A stretch of 64,000 nucleotides of DNA from Candidatus Oxydemutator sp. (GTDB taxonomy: Bacteria > Pseudomonadota > Gammaproteobacteria > Poriferisulfidales > Oxydemutatoraceae). Each line of letters opens with the position of its first letter. Position 1 is the stretch's first letter. Under the pieces are notes generated by a model. It was not told the origin of the DNA. It saw only the letters and a program-made list of their open reading frames with translations, and did no database searches. This document shows, piece by piece, positions 15,001 through 22,186 of the stretch. Position numbers and translations under genes: made by a program. The DNA is taken from assembly GCA_965203445.1 (NCBI GenBank), contig OZ241883.1, positions 1,600,001 through 1,664,000 of the forward strand, given 5' to 3'.

Positions 15001-18000
15001 CCATCTATGCAGTCAGTTACGACGGCACGACGCCGTCCGCGGGTGAGACGATTACCGTGACCTGGGAGGTGGCCGGGGCCGGCATGCGCGCCGCGTCCGC
15101 CGCCGACTTTGCGCAGAGCATGGGTAGCGTGGAATTCTCTGATGCCGACGCTCCAGGCGCCGCCCGCAACGTCACGCTTCAGATTGCGGAGGACACCCTG
15201 AACGAGGGCGACGAGGCGTTCACGATCACGATCACCGAGGACGATCTGCTTTCGCGGGTGTATTCGACCGGTTCGATGGTTATGACGACGATTACCGACG
15301 ACGCCGACGACGCGCTGGTAGTCTCGATTGCGCGCAGCGATTCGGGCGATCTGGTCGAGGGTGCGCCGGTGACGAGCGTGCGCACGGCCGAGTTCGTCGT
15401 AACCGTGGGCAACGCGACCGCCACCGCGGCGCTGACGATCCCGTTTATGGTGAGCGGCGACGTCGCCGGTGCGGAAGCTGCCGACTACGTGCTGACGCCT
15501 GCGACGATGCTGGAGATACCGGCAGGGATGAGCACCGCCTCGATCACGCTCGAGGCGGTCAACGACGATGCCGTCGAGCCGTCGGAAGGTTTCCGGGTGG
15601 TGCTGCTACCGGGCGACGGTTATACATTGGGTGAGCCGAGCAGCGCGGTGGGCAGCATCGAGGCGAGCGACCGCGAATTGACGATAGCGGCGTCGGATGC
15701 GTCGTCCGCCAACGAGGGGGAGACGCTGGAATTCACCGTCGGGCTGACGGCGCAATCGGTAGAGTTGACGGAGGCGATGCAGGTGTCGTACCGGGTTACC
15801 GGCACGGACGGTATCACCGCCGACGACTTTGAGGGCGCGCTTGAGGGCATGGTTACGTTGGCCGCAGGCGAGAGAAGCACGACGTTTTCGGTAGCCTTGC
15901 GTGCCGACGACTACGGGGAGGGGGTAGAACGCTTCCGCGTAGAAGTCACGGAAGCGACCGGCGGTGGCGGCGATCACACCAACAACCTGCCGGCCGCGCC
16001 GGTGACGGCCGAGATCAACGCCGAAACCCGACTGATAGCGAGGGCGTTTGTGCACCATCGGAACGCGCACGCCTATTACCGGATGGGCGAATTCAGCATC
16101 GCCGAATCCAGCAACGACCTCATTGGTATCGGTGTGGAACTGGTGGATGCCGACGGCACCCCTATGGATCCGTCAGAGTCGGTTACGGTGCGCTACAGGC
16201 TGTTCGGGTCTGCCGGCGGGGACGACTACACGAGGTCAGGTTCGGGGAACACGCTCACGGTCGGCACCAGCAACAGCACCGCGACCGTCATAATCACGTT
16301 GGTTGACGACAATCTGAACGAGTCCGCCGAGGCCGTTGCGATAGAGCTGCTCGCGATCACCGCGGGCACCGAAACGGCCGTATTGGCCGCCGCGGCCTCG
16401 TCGAGGAGCACCGCGTTCACGATCACCGACAACGATCCGGCCACCTACGCGATCACGGCCGACGAGGAGCGCGTGTCCGAGGGCGACGATCCGGGCTACC
16501 GGATTACTTTGGATCGGCCGTCTGCGGGCGACATCACGGTGTCGTACACGGTGAGCGGGATCGGCGCCGAGGGTTACTCGGCGGGCACCGAGACGACCGT
16601 GTTGAGTGGCGAGACCACCGCCGCCATCGCGCTGACGATAGTGGACGACGACGTCAACGAGGCGACGCAGACGCTGGTCGTAACCGTAGGCGACATGCCT
16701 CGGATCGGCGCGGGTGCGGGCGAGGCATTGCGCGCCGCCGACAGTTCGCGGCAGTCGGTCGAGATAGTATGGAGCGATCCGCTGACCTACGCGGTCGAGT
16801 CGCTGACGCCGGACGTGCCCGACGAACCCGCTACCGCGCGCTTCCGTCTTACGCTGACGGGTGGCGTTGCCGGTGCGCAGATAACGGTGCCGTACCGTCT
16901 TTGGATATCCGCTAGCAACACCTCCATGCAGACCGCGGATTTCAGGGATAACGACAACGGCAGTTTCATTGTTGCCGCCGGCAGCAGCCGTGCCGAGATA
17001 ACCGTGGATATCCTGGATGACCAGGTGGACGAGGCGGCGGAGACGCTGACGCTGGCAATCAACAGCACGGCGACGGTCGCCGCCGGCGGCGGCATGGTCA
17101 GCCGCTCCGCCGAAGCACAGGATCAGACGGCGCAGGCGGTCATCGCCGAGAACGGCGTCGTCGCTCGCTGGTTCCATATCACGGCGGTGCCCGAGGGCAC
17201 CACCAGCGTGGCCGAAGGCGCGCAGGCTACCTATGAGGTCAGTTACGACGGCACGACGCCGTCCGCGGGCGAGACGATTACCGTGACCTGGGAGGTGGCC
17301 GGCATCGGCATGCGCGCCGCGTCCGCCGCCGACTTTGTGAAGAGCACGGGTACCGTGGCATTTTCCAATGTCGACGCTCCGGGTACCACCCGCACCGTCA
17401 CGCTTCAGATTGCGGAGGACACTCTGAACGAAGGCGACGAGGCGTTCACGATCACGATCACCGAGGACAATCAGTTTTCGCGGGTGTATTCGACCGGTTC
17501 GATGGTTATGACGACGATTACCGACGACGCCGACGATGCGCTGGTAGTCTCGATTGTGCGCAGTGATTCGGGCGATCTGGTCGAGGGCGCGCCGGTGACG
17601 AGCGTGCGCACGGCCGAGTTCGTCGTGACCGTGGGCAACGCGACCGCCACCGCGGCGCTGACGATCCCGCTTACGGTGAGCGGCGACGTCGCCGGTGCGG
17701 AAGACGCCGACTACGTGCTGACGCCTGCGACGGAGCTGGAGATACCGGCAGGGATGAGCACCGCCTCGATCACGCTCGAGGCGGTCAACGACGATGCCGT
17801 CGAGCCGTCGGAAGAGTTCCGGGTGGTGCTGCTGCCGGGCGACGGTTATGAATTGGGTGAGCCGAGCAGCGCGGTGGGCAGCATCGAGGCGAGCGACCGC
17901 GAGTTGACGATAGCGGCGTCGGATGCGTCATCCGCCAACGAGGGAGAGGCGCTGGAATTCACCGTCGGGCTGACGGCGCAATCGGTAGAGTTGACGGAGG

Positions 18001-20475
18001 CGATGCAAGTGTCGTACCGGGTTACCGGCACGGACGGTATCACCGCCGACGACTTTGAGGGCGCGCTTGAGGGCATGGTTACGTTGGCCGCAGGCGAGAG
18101 AAGCACGACGTTTTCGGTAGCCTTGCGCGTCGACGACTACGGGGAGGGGGTAGAAAGCTTCCGCGTAGAAGTCACGGAAGCGACCGGCGGTGGTGGCGGT
18201 CACACCAACAACCTGCCGGCCGCGCCGGCGACGGCCGAGATCAACGCCGAAACCGGGTTGATAGCGAGGGCGGTTGTTTATCAGGCGGGCGCCTATTACC
18301 GGATGGGCGAATTCAGCATCAGCGAAGCCGGCGGCGGCACCGTTTATATCGGTGTGGAACTGGTGGATTCCGACGGCAACCACGTGCATCCGTCAGAGTC
18401 GGTTGCGGTGCGCTACAGGCTGTCCGGGTCTGCCGGCGGGGACGACTACACGAGGTCGGATTCGGGGAACACGCTCACGGTCGGCACCAGCGCCAGCACT
18501 GCAACCGTCACAATCACGCTGGTTGACGACAATCTGAACGAGTCCGCCGAAGACATTGCGATAGAGCTGCTTGCGGTCACCGCGGGCACCGAGACGGCTG
18601 TATTGGCCGCCGCGGCCTCGTCGAGGAGCACCGCGTTCACGATCACCGACAACGATCCGGCCGCCTACGCGGTCACGGCCGACGAGGACAGCGTGTCCGA
18701 GGGCGACGATCCGGGCTACCGGGTTACTTTGGACCGTCCGTCGGCGGGCGACATCACGGTGTCGTACACGGTAAGCGGGATCGGCGCCGAGGGTTACTCG
18801 GCGGGCACCGAGACGACCGTGTTGAGTGGCGAGACCAGCGCGGCCATTGCGCTGACGATAGTGGACGACAACGTCAACGAGGCGACGCAGACGCTGGTCG
18901 TAACCATAGGCGACATGCCTCGGATCGGCGCGGGCGCGGGCGCGGTGTCGCGCGCCGCCGACAGTTCGCGGCAGTCGGTCGAGATAGTATGGAGCGATCC
19001 GCTGACCTACGCGGTCGAGTCGCTGACTCCGGACGTGCCCGACGAACCCGCTACCGCGCGCTTCCGTCTTACGCTGACGGGCGGCGTTGCCGGCGCGCAG
19101 ATAACGGTGCCGTACGCGCTTTGGATATCCGCGAGCAACACCGTCAGCCAGACCGCAGATTTCAGCGATAACGACGACGGCAGTTTCGTCGTCGCCGCCG
19201 GCAGCACCCGCGCCGAGATAACCGTGGATATCCTGGATGACGGGGTGAACGAGGCGGAGGAGACGCTGACGCTGACAGTCAGCACCACGGCGATGGTCGC
19301 GGCCGGCGGCGGCATGGTCAGCCGCTCCGCCGAAGCGCAGGATCAGACGGCGCAGGCGGTCATCGCCGAGAACGGCGTTGCCGCTCGCTGGTTCCATATC
19401 ACGGCGGTGCCCGAGGGCACCACCAGCGTGGGCGAAGGCGCGCAGGCTACCTATGAGGTCAGTTACGACGGCACGACGCCGTCCGCGGGCGAGATGATTA
19501 CCGTGACCTGGGAGGTGGCCGGTGCCGGCATGCGCGCCGCGTCCGCCGCCGACTTTGCGCAGAGCGCGGGTAGCGTGACGTTTTCTGATGTCAACGCTCC
19601 GGGCACCACCCGCACCGTCACGCTTCAGATTGCGGGGGACACTCTGAACGAAGGCGACGAGGCGTTCACGATCACGATCACCGAGGACGATCTGCTTTCG
19701 CGGGTGTATTCGACCGGTTCGATGGTTATGACGACGATTACCGACGACGCCGACGACGCGCTGGTAGTCTCGATTGCGCGCAGTGATTCGGGCGATCTGG
19801 TCGAGGGCGCGACGATGACGAGCGTGCGCACGGCCGAGTTTGTCGTAACCGTGGGCGACGCGACCGCCGCCGCGGCGCTGACGATCCCGCTTACGGTAAG
19901 CGGCGACGTCGCCGGTGCGGAAGCGGCCGACTACGTGCTGACGCCTGCGACGGAGCTGGAGATACCGGCAGGGATGAGCACCGCCTCGATCACGCTCGAG
20001 GCGGTGGACGACGCGCTCAACGAGGGCGCGGAGACGCTGACCGTCGAGCTGGGCGGGGTGCAAGCGCCCGGCATGGCCTCGGTGTCGGCGGACGCGAGTT
20101 CGGCTGCGGTGACGATAGCCGCGAACGACGAGATCACGGTGTCGCTGTCGGAGCTTGTGTCCGGCGGCGCGGAAGGCACGACCGCGCGGTTCACGGTGTC
20201 GCTTGCGGGCGGTGAGGCGACCGAGGAGACCGTGGTGCCGTGGCAGATTGTGTCGGGCACCGCCTCCGCCGTCGCTGATTTTGGAACCAGTGCCGGCGAG
20301 TTGCGCTTTGCGGTGGGTGCTACGCAGCAGAGCATATATGTGCAGATTGTCGACGACGACGTGGCCGAGCCCGAGGAGTCGTACATGGTAAGAATCAGCC
20401 AGCCGACGGGCGGCGGCAGCGGTTCCGTGGCTTTGGGCACCCCGTCCATGGTAACGGCGGTGATCCCGGCGAGCG
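1..20475 (+). repeat. Intragenic tandem macro-repeats: five ~2.95-kb units, two ~2.22-kb internally deleted units and a final partial unit
   Basis: The RWF(H/R)I anchor recurs at 168, 3114, 6087, 9039, 12009, 14940, 17166 and 19386 (spacings 2946, 2973, 2952, 2970, 2931, 2226, 2220). Confidence 0.95.
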
Positions 20476-22130
20476 ACCTGCCTGTGCTGTCGGTGTCGGC
20501 GCTTGTGGCGACGGTGGCCGAGACCGAAGCCGAGGCCTCTTTCAGGGTGCAATATGGCGACGGCACGACGATGCCTCCCCAGGCGGTGACCGTCCGTTAT
20601 CGCTTGTCGGGCACCGCCGAAGCCGTTGACGGCGGAGGCGACTACGAATATCCCGCTGGCTACAACCCCATCGGGGATGCCGCCGGCGGCGCCGTAACGA
20701 TAGGCACGGACGCGAGTTCTGCCAACGTCGTGCTGGCCCTGCGCGACGACGACCTCGATGAGCCTGATGAGACCATCGTCCTCGAGCTGCTTGAGGTTAC
20801 CGCGGGCGACGCCATGCTGCCGGCCGCTACCAGCGCGACCATCACGATAGAGGACGACGACAAGTTGTCGTTGTCGGTGGCGGCGTCGGAGGCGAGAACT
20901 CTCGAAGGCGATTCGGCCGAGATTGCGTTCACGGTGTCGCTGTTGAACGACGGTGTCGAGCCGACGCGCCCGCGCACGCAAGAAGTGCGCGTGGCCTACA
21001 CCTTAGGGGGCACCGCGGCCGGTGCCGGCACGGACTACACCGACCCGAGCGGATACGACGCGGGTGCGAGTTCGGGCGTGGTCGTGTTGAGCGCGGGCAC
21101 CAATAGCGCCGATGTTTCGATAACGGTGCAGGACGACGCGGTGGTCGAGCCCGACGAGACCGTGATCTTCGAGTTGACCGAGGTCATCGAGGGCGGTGAT
21201 TTGGCCGAATTGCGCGCCGCCGACACCACGCGCGCAAGCGTAACCATCATCGACAACGACGAGCCGGCGGGCACAGTAGTAAGCGCGGGCGTGTTTCTGG
21301 AGGGGGCGTATCGTGTCGCAAATGACGACATGGGCACGTTTTTGAATCAAGCGCTGCCACGTATGCAACCGTATAACGTGAGGCCCTGGAACCACGCGGC
21401 GACGACGACGGTGCCGCGTATAGAGGGCGCCACTAACGCCAACGGCATGCCGCCGAATGTGGTGGATTGGGTACTGTTGGAATTGCGGGTGGTGGACGAG
21501 GGTTCCGCGCCGAGTGCTGCGGATCCGGACAGCGTGCCCGCGGGCGGCGTGAAGGCGGGCTTGATTCTGTCCGACGGCAGCATAGTAGGCGTGAACGAGA
21601 ATGCGACCATGACGACGGATGTGTTGGCTCGGCAAGGGGTGCGCTTTGACGCCGAGATAGGGCCGAACCAGGACGTGTATCTGCTGTTGCAGCACCGCAA
21701 CCACCTGTCGGTGTTGTCAGGGCGTCCGTTGTCCGCGGATTGCGGCGGTTCGGGCGCAGACTATTGTATAGACTACCGAGAGGTGGGAGCCTCTGCGGAT
21801 TTGTATAATGGGAGCTGCCCGATGTTCCGTAACAATGACCGTTTGTTCATGGTAACCGGCGACGTGAATGCTGACGGCGTGATAGTAACGGCGGATGCTG
21901 AGTTTGCAAACGAGGCTCTTAGTCGTGCTACCGATTTGAATCTTCAGGCCACAAATAATCCGGCTTCGTTCAGGATTCTCACATTTAGAGGCACGGATTT
22001 TTATATGCCAAGCGCGAACGTCAGTCTTGACGAGTTGCTAGTCTCATCTGATTTCGATCGTGTGCTGGCGCAATTAAGGCGTCCATCCGGTCTCCTTAGC
22101 GGGCTGATTTGCCGATCAAGTGGGCAGTGA
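6..22130 (+). CDS. Giant Calx-beta repeat surface protein/adhesin (>7,374 aa, N-terminus outside window) with C-terminal dockerin-like domain
   Basis: The frame is open from the window edge (..TVSILDDGVDE). It has dozens of Calx-beta-type motifs (I.DD..NE..ETL.V.L, ADF, V.EG) and is acidic, Ala/Thr/Val-rich and almost Lys-free. The C-terminal ~290 aa read VFLEGAY..LP..QPY...PW..VVDWVLLELR..HRNHL..GDVNADGVI..D. Confidence 0.9.
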   Translation: MSILDDGVDEQAETLTLSTTATATVATGGGIVSRSAETQDQTAQAVIAANGAAVRWFHITALPEGTTSVAEGAQATYAISYDGTTPSAGETITVTWEVAGTGTRAASAADFAQRTGTVAFSDSDAPGAPRTVTLQIAEDTLNEGDETFTITITEDNGFSTVYSTRAMVETTINSDADDALVASIARSDSGDLVEGAPTTDTRTAQFAVSLNLTATAVLTIPLMVSGDVGDYTLTPSTALEIPEGAKTASITLEAADDAFNEGAETLSVELGGVQGALGAASVSADASSAAVTIAANDEITVSLSELVSGGAEGTTARFTVSLAGGEATEETVVPWQVVSGTVGGASAADFGAGAGGGELRFAVGVMQQSIYVRIADDDVLEPEESYMVRISQPTGGGSGSVALGTPSVVTAVIPADSPMVWIEDVTAEVAEGSAVAMALTATFATNVNVNYRVVSPTVGVSIDSADLAAGAQGADCFGATATCVTSVGASANILSTVNDAAVEPPEGFRVMLLPGDGYTLGEPSSAVGSVEASDRELTIAVSSASADEGETLDFTIGLTAQSVELTEAMQVSYRVTGTDGITAGDFEGAPLESMVTLAAGERSTTFSITLRDDGLEERAESFRVEITEATGGGGDHTNNLPAAPATAEINAETRLIARAIVHRAGTYYRMGEFDISESADGTVGIGVELVNIDGNPTTPQESVTVSYRLSGSAGGEDYTRSGTGNTLTVGTDKSTATVTITLIDDNLNESAENVAIELLAITEGTETAVLTSKVSSRSTAFTINDNDPATYAITADESSVSEGDDPGYRVTLDRPSAGDITVSYTVSGIAADGYSVGGAATETTVLSGETSAAIALTILDDNVNEATQTLVVTIGDMPRIGAGAGAVSRAADSSRQSVEIVWSDPLTYAVESLTPRVPDEPATARFRLTLTGGVAGARITVPYTLSITGTNAVNAGGETADFSDNDDGSFVVVAGSTHAEITVSILDDGVNEQEETLTLTVGATPIVAAGGGMVSRSAEAQDQTAQVVIPANGTVARWFRIAAVPEGTTSVTEGAQATYAVSYDGARPLAGVPITVTWEVAGAAGTGTRAASAADFAQRTGSVEFSDTDAPGVARNVMLRIAEDTLNEGDEAFTITITEDNQFSRVYSTASMVETTVTDDADDALAVSIARSDSGDLVEGAPVTSVRTAEFVVTVGNATATAALTIPLTVSGDVAGAEDADYTLTPATMLEIPEGMSTASITLEAVDDALNEGAETLTVELVEVRGALGAAMVSADASSASATIAANDEITVSLSELVSGGAEGTTARFTVSLAGGEATAETVVPWQVVSGTVGGASAADFAVGAGELRFAVGVTQQSIYVRIADDDVLEPEESYMVRINQPTGGGSGSVVLGTPSVVTAVIPADSPMVWIESVTANVAEGGAVAMALTATFATNVNVNYRVVSPTAGVSIDSADLAAGAQGADCFGTTATCVTSVGASANILSTLNDAAVEPSEGFRVVLLAGDGYTLSEPSSAVGSVEASDRELTIAALSASADEGETLDFAIGLTAESVELTEAMQVSYRVITSTSITAEDFEGALEGMVTLAAGERSTMFAITLRDDGVEETAAESFRVEITTATGGGGDHTNNLPVAPATAEINADGRLMATAYVQRGSTAYRVGEDNLIVNEHEGTGAGSIYIGVELVDDGGNPTDPRESVTVSYRLSGSADGADYTNSDSGNTITVATDKSTGTVTITLVDDNLNESAEDVVIELLAITAGNDAAVLASEASSRSIAFTINDNDPATYAITADEGSVSEGDDPGYRITLDRLSAGDITVPYTVSGIGAEGYSAGTETTVLSGETSASIALTIVDDNVNEATQTLVVTIGDMPRIGAGAGEALRAADSSRQSVEIARSDPLTYAVESLTPDVSGEPGTARFRLTLTGGVAGARITVPYTLSISGTNAVNAGGETADFTDNNDGSFVVAVGSSSAEISVSILDDEVEEQEETLTLTVSATSIVAAGGGAVSRSTEAQDQTAQAVIPANGAIVRWFHITAVPESTTSVGEGAQAIYAISYDGTTPSAGETITVTWEVAGAGMRAASAADFEQSMGSVEFSNTDAPGVARNVMLRIAEDTLNEGDEAFTITITEDNGFSRVYSTASMVETTVTDDADDALVVSIARSDSGDLVEGAPTTGVRTAEFVVTVGNATATAALTIPLMVSGDVAGAEDADYVLTPSVELEIPEGMSTASITFEAVDDALNEGAETLSVELGGVQGALGAASVSADASSAAVTIAANDEITVSLSELVSGGAEGTTAQFTVSLAGGEATEETVVPWQVVSGTVGGASAADFGAGAGGGELRFAVGVTQQNIYVRIVADDVIESDESYMVRISQPTGGGSGSVVLGIPSTVTAVIPADVPVVSIESVVADVAEGEVVAMALTATFATNVNVSYRVVSPTAGVSIDSADFAAGAQGADCFGATATCETPVGASMNILSTVNDGAVEPLEGFRVVLLPGDGYTLGEPSSAVGSIEASDRELTIAASDATSANEGETLEFTVGLTAQSVELTEAMRVSYRVTGTAVTADDFEGALEGMVTLAAGERSTMFSVTLRADNYGEGVERFRVEITEAMGGGGDHTNNLPAAPATAEINAEARLIARAFVHHRNAHAYYRMGEFSIAESSTDTIGIGVELVDADGTPTNPSESVTVRYRLSGSAGGDDYTRSGGSGNTLTVGTSNSTATVIITLVDDNLNESGEDVAIELLAITAGTETAILAAAASSRSTAFTITDNDPATYAITADEDSVSEGDDPGYRVTLDRASAGDITVSYTVSGIGAGGYSAGTETTVLSGETSTAIALTIVDDDVNEATQTLVVTIGDMPRIGAGAGAVSRAADSSRQSVEIVWSDPLTYAVESLTPDVPDEPATARFRLTLTGGVAGAQITVPYTLWISASNTVSQTADFRDNDNGNFVVAAGSSRAEITVDILDDGVSEAAETLTLAVNTTATVAAGGGMVSRSAEAQDQTAQAVIAENGVAVRWFHITAVPEGTTSVGEGAQATYAVSYDGTTPSAGETITVTWEVAGTGMRAASAADFAQSAGSVEFSDADAPGAARNVTLQIAGDTLNEGDEAFTITITEDDLLSRVYSTGSMVETTVTDDADDALVISIARSDSGDLVEGAPTTSVRTAEFVVTVGNATATAALTIPLTVSGDVVGAEAADYVLTPATMLEIPAGMSAASITLEAVDDALNEGAETLSVGLVEVQGALGAASVSADASSAAVTIAANDEITVSLSELVSGGAEGTTARFTVSLAGGEATEETVVSWQVVSGTVGGASAADFGAGAGGGELRFAVGVAQQSIYVRIAADDVLEPEESYMVRISQPTGGGSGSVVLGIPSVVTAVIPADSPVVWIESVAAEVAEGGAVAMALTATFATNVNVNYRVVSSTAGASIDSDDLAAGAQGADCFGATATCVTSVGASANILSTANDAAVEPSEGFRVVLLAGDGYTLGEPSSAVGSIEASDRELTIAALSASADEGETLDFAIGLTAESVELTEAMQVSYRVITSTSITAEDFEGALEGMVTLAAGERSTMFAITLRDDGVEETAAESFRVEITTATGGGGDHTNNLPAAPATAEINADGRLMATAYVQRGSTAYRVGEDNLIVDEHEGTGAGSIYIGVELVDDGGNPTDPRESVTVSYRLSGSADGADYTNSDSGNTITVATDKSTGTVTITLVDDNLNESAEDVVIELLAITAGSDAAILASEASSRSIAFTINDNDPATYAITVDEGSVSEGDDPGYRITLDRLSAGDITVPYTVSGIGAEGYSAGTETTVLSGETSAAIALTIVDDNVNEATQTLVVTVGDMPRIGAGAGEALRAADSSRQSVEIARSDPLTYAVESLTPDVSGEPGTARFRLTLTGGVAGAQITVPYTLSISGTNAVNAGGQTADFTDNNDGSFVVAVGSSSAEISVSILDDEVEEQEETLTLTVSATSIVAAGGGVVSRSAEAQDQTAQAVIPANGAIVRWFHITVVPEGTTSVGEGAQAIYAISYDGTTPSAGETITVTWEVAGAGMRAASAADFAQSMGSMGSVEFSDADAPGVARNVMLRIAEDTLNEGDEAFTITITEDNGFSRVYSTASMVETTVTDDAADALVVSIARSDSGDLVEGAPTTGVRTAEFVVTVGNATATAALTIPFMVSGDVAGAEDADYVLTPSVELEIPAGMSTASITLEAVDDALNEGAETLSVELGEVQGALGAASVSADASSAAVTIAANDEITVSLSELVSGGAEGTTARFTVSLAGGEATEETVVPWQVVSGTVGGASAADFGAGAGGGELRFAVGVTQQNIYVRIVADDVIESDESYMVRISQPTGGGSGSVALGIPSTVTAVIPADVPVVSIESVVADVAEGEVVAMALTATFATNVNVSYRVVSPTAGASIDSADLAAGAQGADCFGATATCETPVGASTNILSTVNDDAVEPLEGFRVVLLPGDGYTLGEPSSAVGSIEASDRELTIAASDATSANEGETLEFTVGLTAQSVELTEAMRVSYRVTGTDGITAGDFEGALEGMVTLAAGERSTTFSVALRVDDYGEGVESFRVEITEAMGGGGDHTNNLPAAPVTAEINAEARLIARAFVSRVSINESDSPNTVGIGVQLVDADGTPTDPSESVTVRYRLFGSAGGDDYTRSGSGNTFTVGTSNSTATVIITLVDDNLNESGEAVAIELLAITAGTETAVLAAAASSRSTAFTITDNDPATYAITADEDSVSEGDDPGYRVTLDRPSAGDITVSYTVSGIGAGGYSAGTETTVLSGETSAAIALTIVDDDVNEATQTLVVTVGDMPRIGAGAGEALRAADSSRQSVEIVWSDPLTYAVESLTPDVPGEPATARFRLTLTGGVAGAQITVPYRLWISASNTSMQTADFRDNDNGNFIVAAGSSRAEITVDILDDEVNEAAETLTLTVNTTATVAVGGGMVSGSTEAQDRTAQAVIAENGVVARWFHITAVPEGTTSVGEGAQAIYAVSYDGTTPSAGETITVTWEVAGAGMRAASAADFAQSMGSVEFSDADAPGAARNVTLQIAEDTLNEGDEAFTITITEDDLLSRVYSTGSMVMTTITDDADDALVVSIARSDSGDLVEGAPVTSVRTAEFVVTVGNATATAALTIPFMVSGDVAGAEAADYVLTPATMLEIPAGMSTASITLEAVNDDAVEPSEGFRVVLLPGDGYTLGEPSSAVGSIEASDRELTIAASDASSANEGETLEFTVGLTAQSVELTEAMQVSYRVTGTDGITADDFEGALEGMVTLAAGERSTTFSVALRADDYGEGVERFRVEVTEATGGGGDHTNNLPAAPVTAEINAETRLIARAFVHHRNAHAYYRMGEFSIAESSNDLIGIGVELVDADGTPMDPSESVTVRYRLFGSAGGDDYTRSGSGNTLTVGTSNSTATVIITLVDDNLNESAEAVAIELLAITAGTETAVLAAAASSRSTAFTITDNDPATYAITADEERVSEGDDPGYRITLDRPSAGDITVSYTVSGIGAEGYSAGTETTVLSGETTAAIALTIVDDDVNEATQTLVVTVGDMPRIGAGAGEALRAADSSRQSVEIVWSDPLTYAVESLTPDVPDEPATARFRLTLTGGVAGAQITVPYRLWISASNTSMQTADFRDNDNGSFIVAAGSSRAEITVDILDDQVDEAAETLTLAINSTATVAAGGGMVSRSAEAQDQTAQAVIAENGVVARWFHITAVPEGTTSVAEGAQATYEVSYDGTTPSAGETITVTWEVAGIGMRAASAADFVKSTGTVAFSNVDAPGTTRTVTLQIAEDTLNEGDEAFTITITEDNQFSRVYSTGSMVMTTITDDADDALVVSIVRSDSGDLVEGAPVTSVRTAEFVVTVGNATATAALTIPLTVSGDVAGAEDADYVLTPATELEIPAGMSTASITLEAVNDDAVEPSEEFRVVLLPGDGYELGEPSSAVGSIEASDRELTIAASDASSANEGEALEFTVGLTAQSVELTEAMQVSYRVTGTDGITADDFEGALEGMVTLAAGERSTTFSVALRVDDYGEGVESFRVEVTEATGGGGGHTNNLPAAPATAEINAETGLIARAVVYQAGAYYRMGEFSISEAGGGTVYIGVELVDSDGNHVHPSESVAVRYRLSGSAGGDDYTRSDSGNTLTVGTSASTATVTITLVDDNLNESAEDIAIELLAVTAGTETAVLAAAASSRSTAFTITDNDPAAYAVTADEDSVSEGDDPGYRVTLDRPSAGDITVSYTVSGIGAEGYSAGTETTVLSGETSAAIALTIVDDNVNEATQTLVVTIGDMPRIGAGAGAVSRAADSSRQSVEIVWSDPLTYAVESLTPDVPDEPATARFRLTLTGGVAGAQITVPYALWISASNTVSQTADFSDNDDGSFVVAAGSTRAEITVDILDDGVNEAEETLTLTVSTTAMVAAGGGMVSRSAEAQDQTAQAVIAENGVAARWFHITAVPEGTTSVGEGAQATYEVSYDGTTPSAGEMITVTWEVAGAGMRAASAADFAQSAGSVTFSDVNAPGTTRTVTLQIAGDTLNEGDEAFTITITEDDLLSRVYSTGSMVMTTITDDADDALVVSIARSDSGDLVEGATMTSVRTAEFVVTVGDATAAAALTIPLTVSGDVAGAEAADYVLTPATELEIPAGMSTASITLEAVDDALNEGAETLTVELGGVQAPGMASVSADASSAAVTIAANDEITVSLSELVSGGAEGTTARFTVSLAGGEATEETVVPWQIVSGTASAVADFGTSAGELRFAVGATQQSIYVQIVDDDVAEPEESYMVRISQPTGGGSGSVALGTPSMVTAVIPASDLPVLSVSALVATVAETEAEASFRVQYGDGTTMPPQAVTVRYRLSGTAEAVDGGGDYEYPAGYNPIGDAAGGAVTIGTDASSANVVLALRDDDLDEPDETIVLELLEVTAGDAMLPAATSATITIEDDDKLSLSVAASEARTLEGDSAEIAFTVSLLNDGVEPTRPRTQEVRVAYTLGGTAAGAGTDYTDPSGYDAGASSGVVVLSAGTNSADVSITVQDDAVVEPDETVIFELTEVIEGGDLAELRAADTTRASVTIIDNDEPAGTVVSAGVFLEGAYRVANDDMGTFLNQALPRMQPYNVRPWNHAATTTVPRIEGATNANGMPPNVVDWVLLELRVVDEGSAPSAADPDSVPAGGVKAGLILSDGSIVGVNENATMTTDVLARQGVRFDAEIGPNQDVYLLLQHRNHLSVLSGRPLSADCGGSGADYCIDYREVGASADLYNGSCPMFRNNDRLFMVTGDVNADGVIVTADAEFANEALSRATDLNLQATNNPASFRILTFRGTDFYMPSANVSLDELLVSSDFDRVLAQLRRPSGLLSGLICRSSGQ

Positions 22131-22186
22131 AGTTCTTGCAGGCTTCGTATTACATGAAAAATAAAAAAACTGGTTGGAGAGAAACC

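Noticed and set aside
5991-20981. Long minus-strand ORFs (649-963 aa) opposite the giant gene
   Set aside because: These are Arg/His-rich shadow frames caused by GC-rich codon bias and repeated with the macro-repeats; they show no recognisable domains.
6-22130. RTX/type I-secreted adhesin (LapA/SiiE-like) interpretation
   Set aside because: There are no GGxGxD nonapeptides and no T1SS genes nearby, paired cysteines are present, and the C-terminus is dockerin-like.
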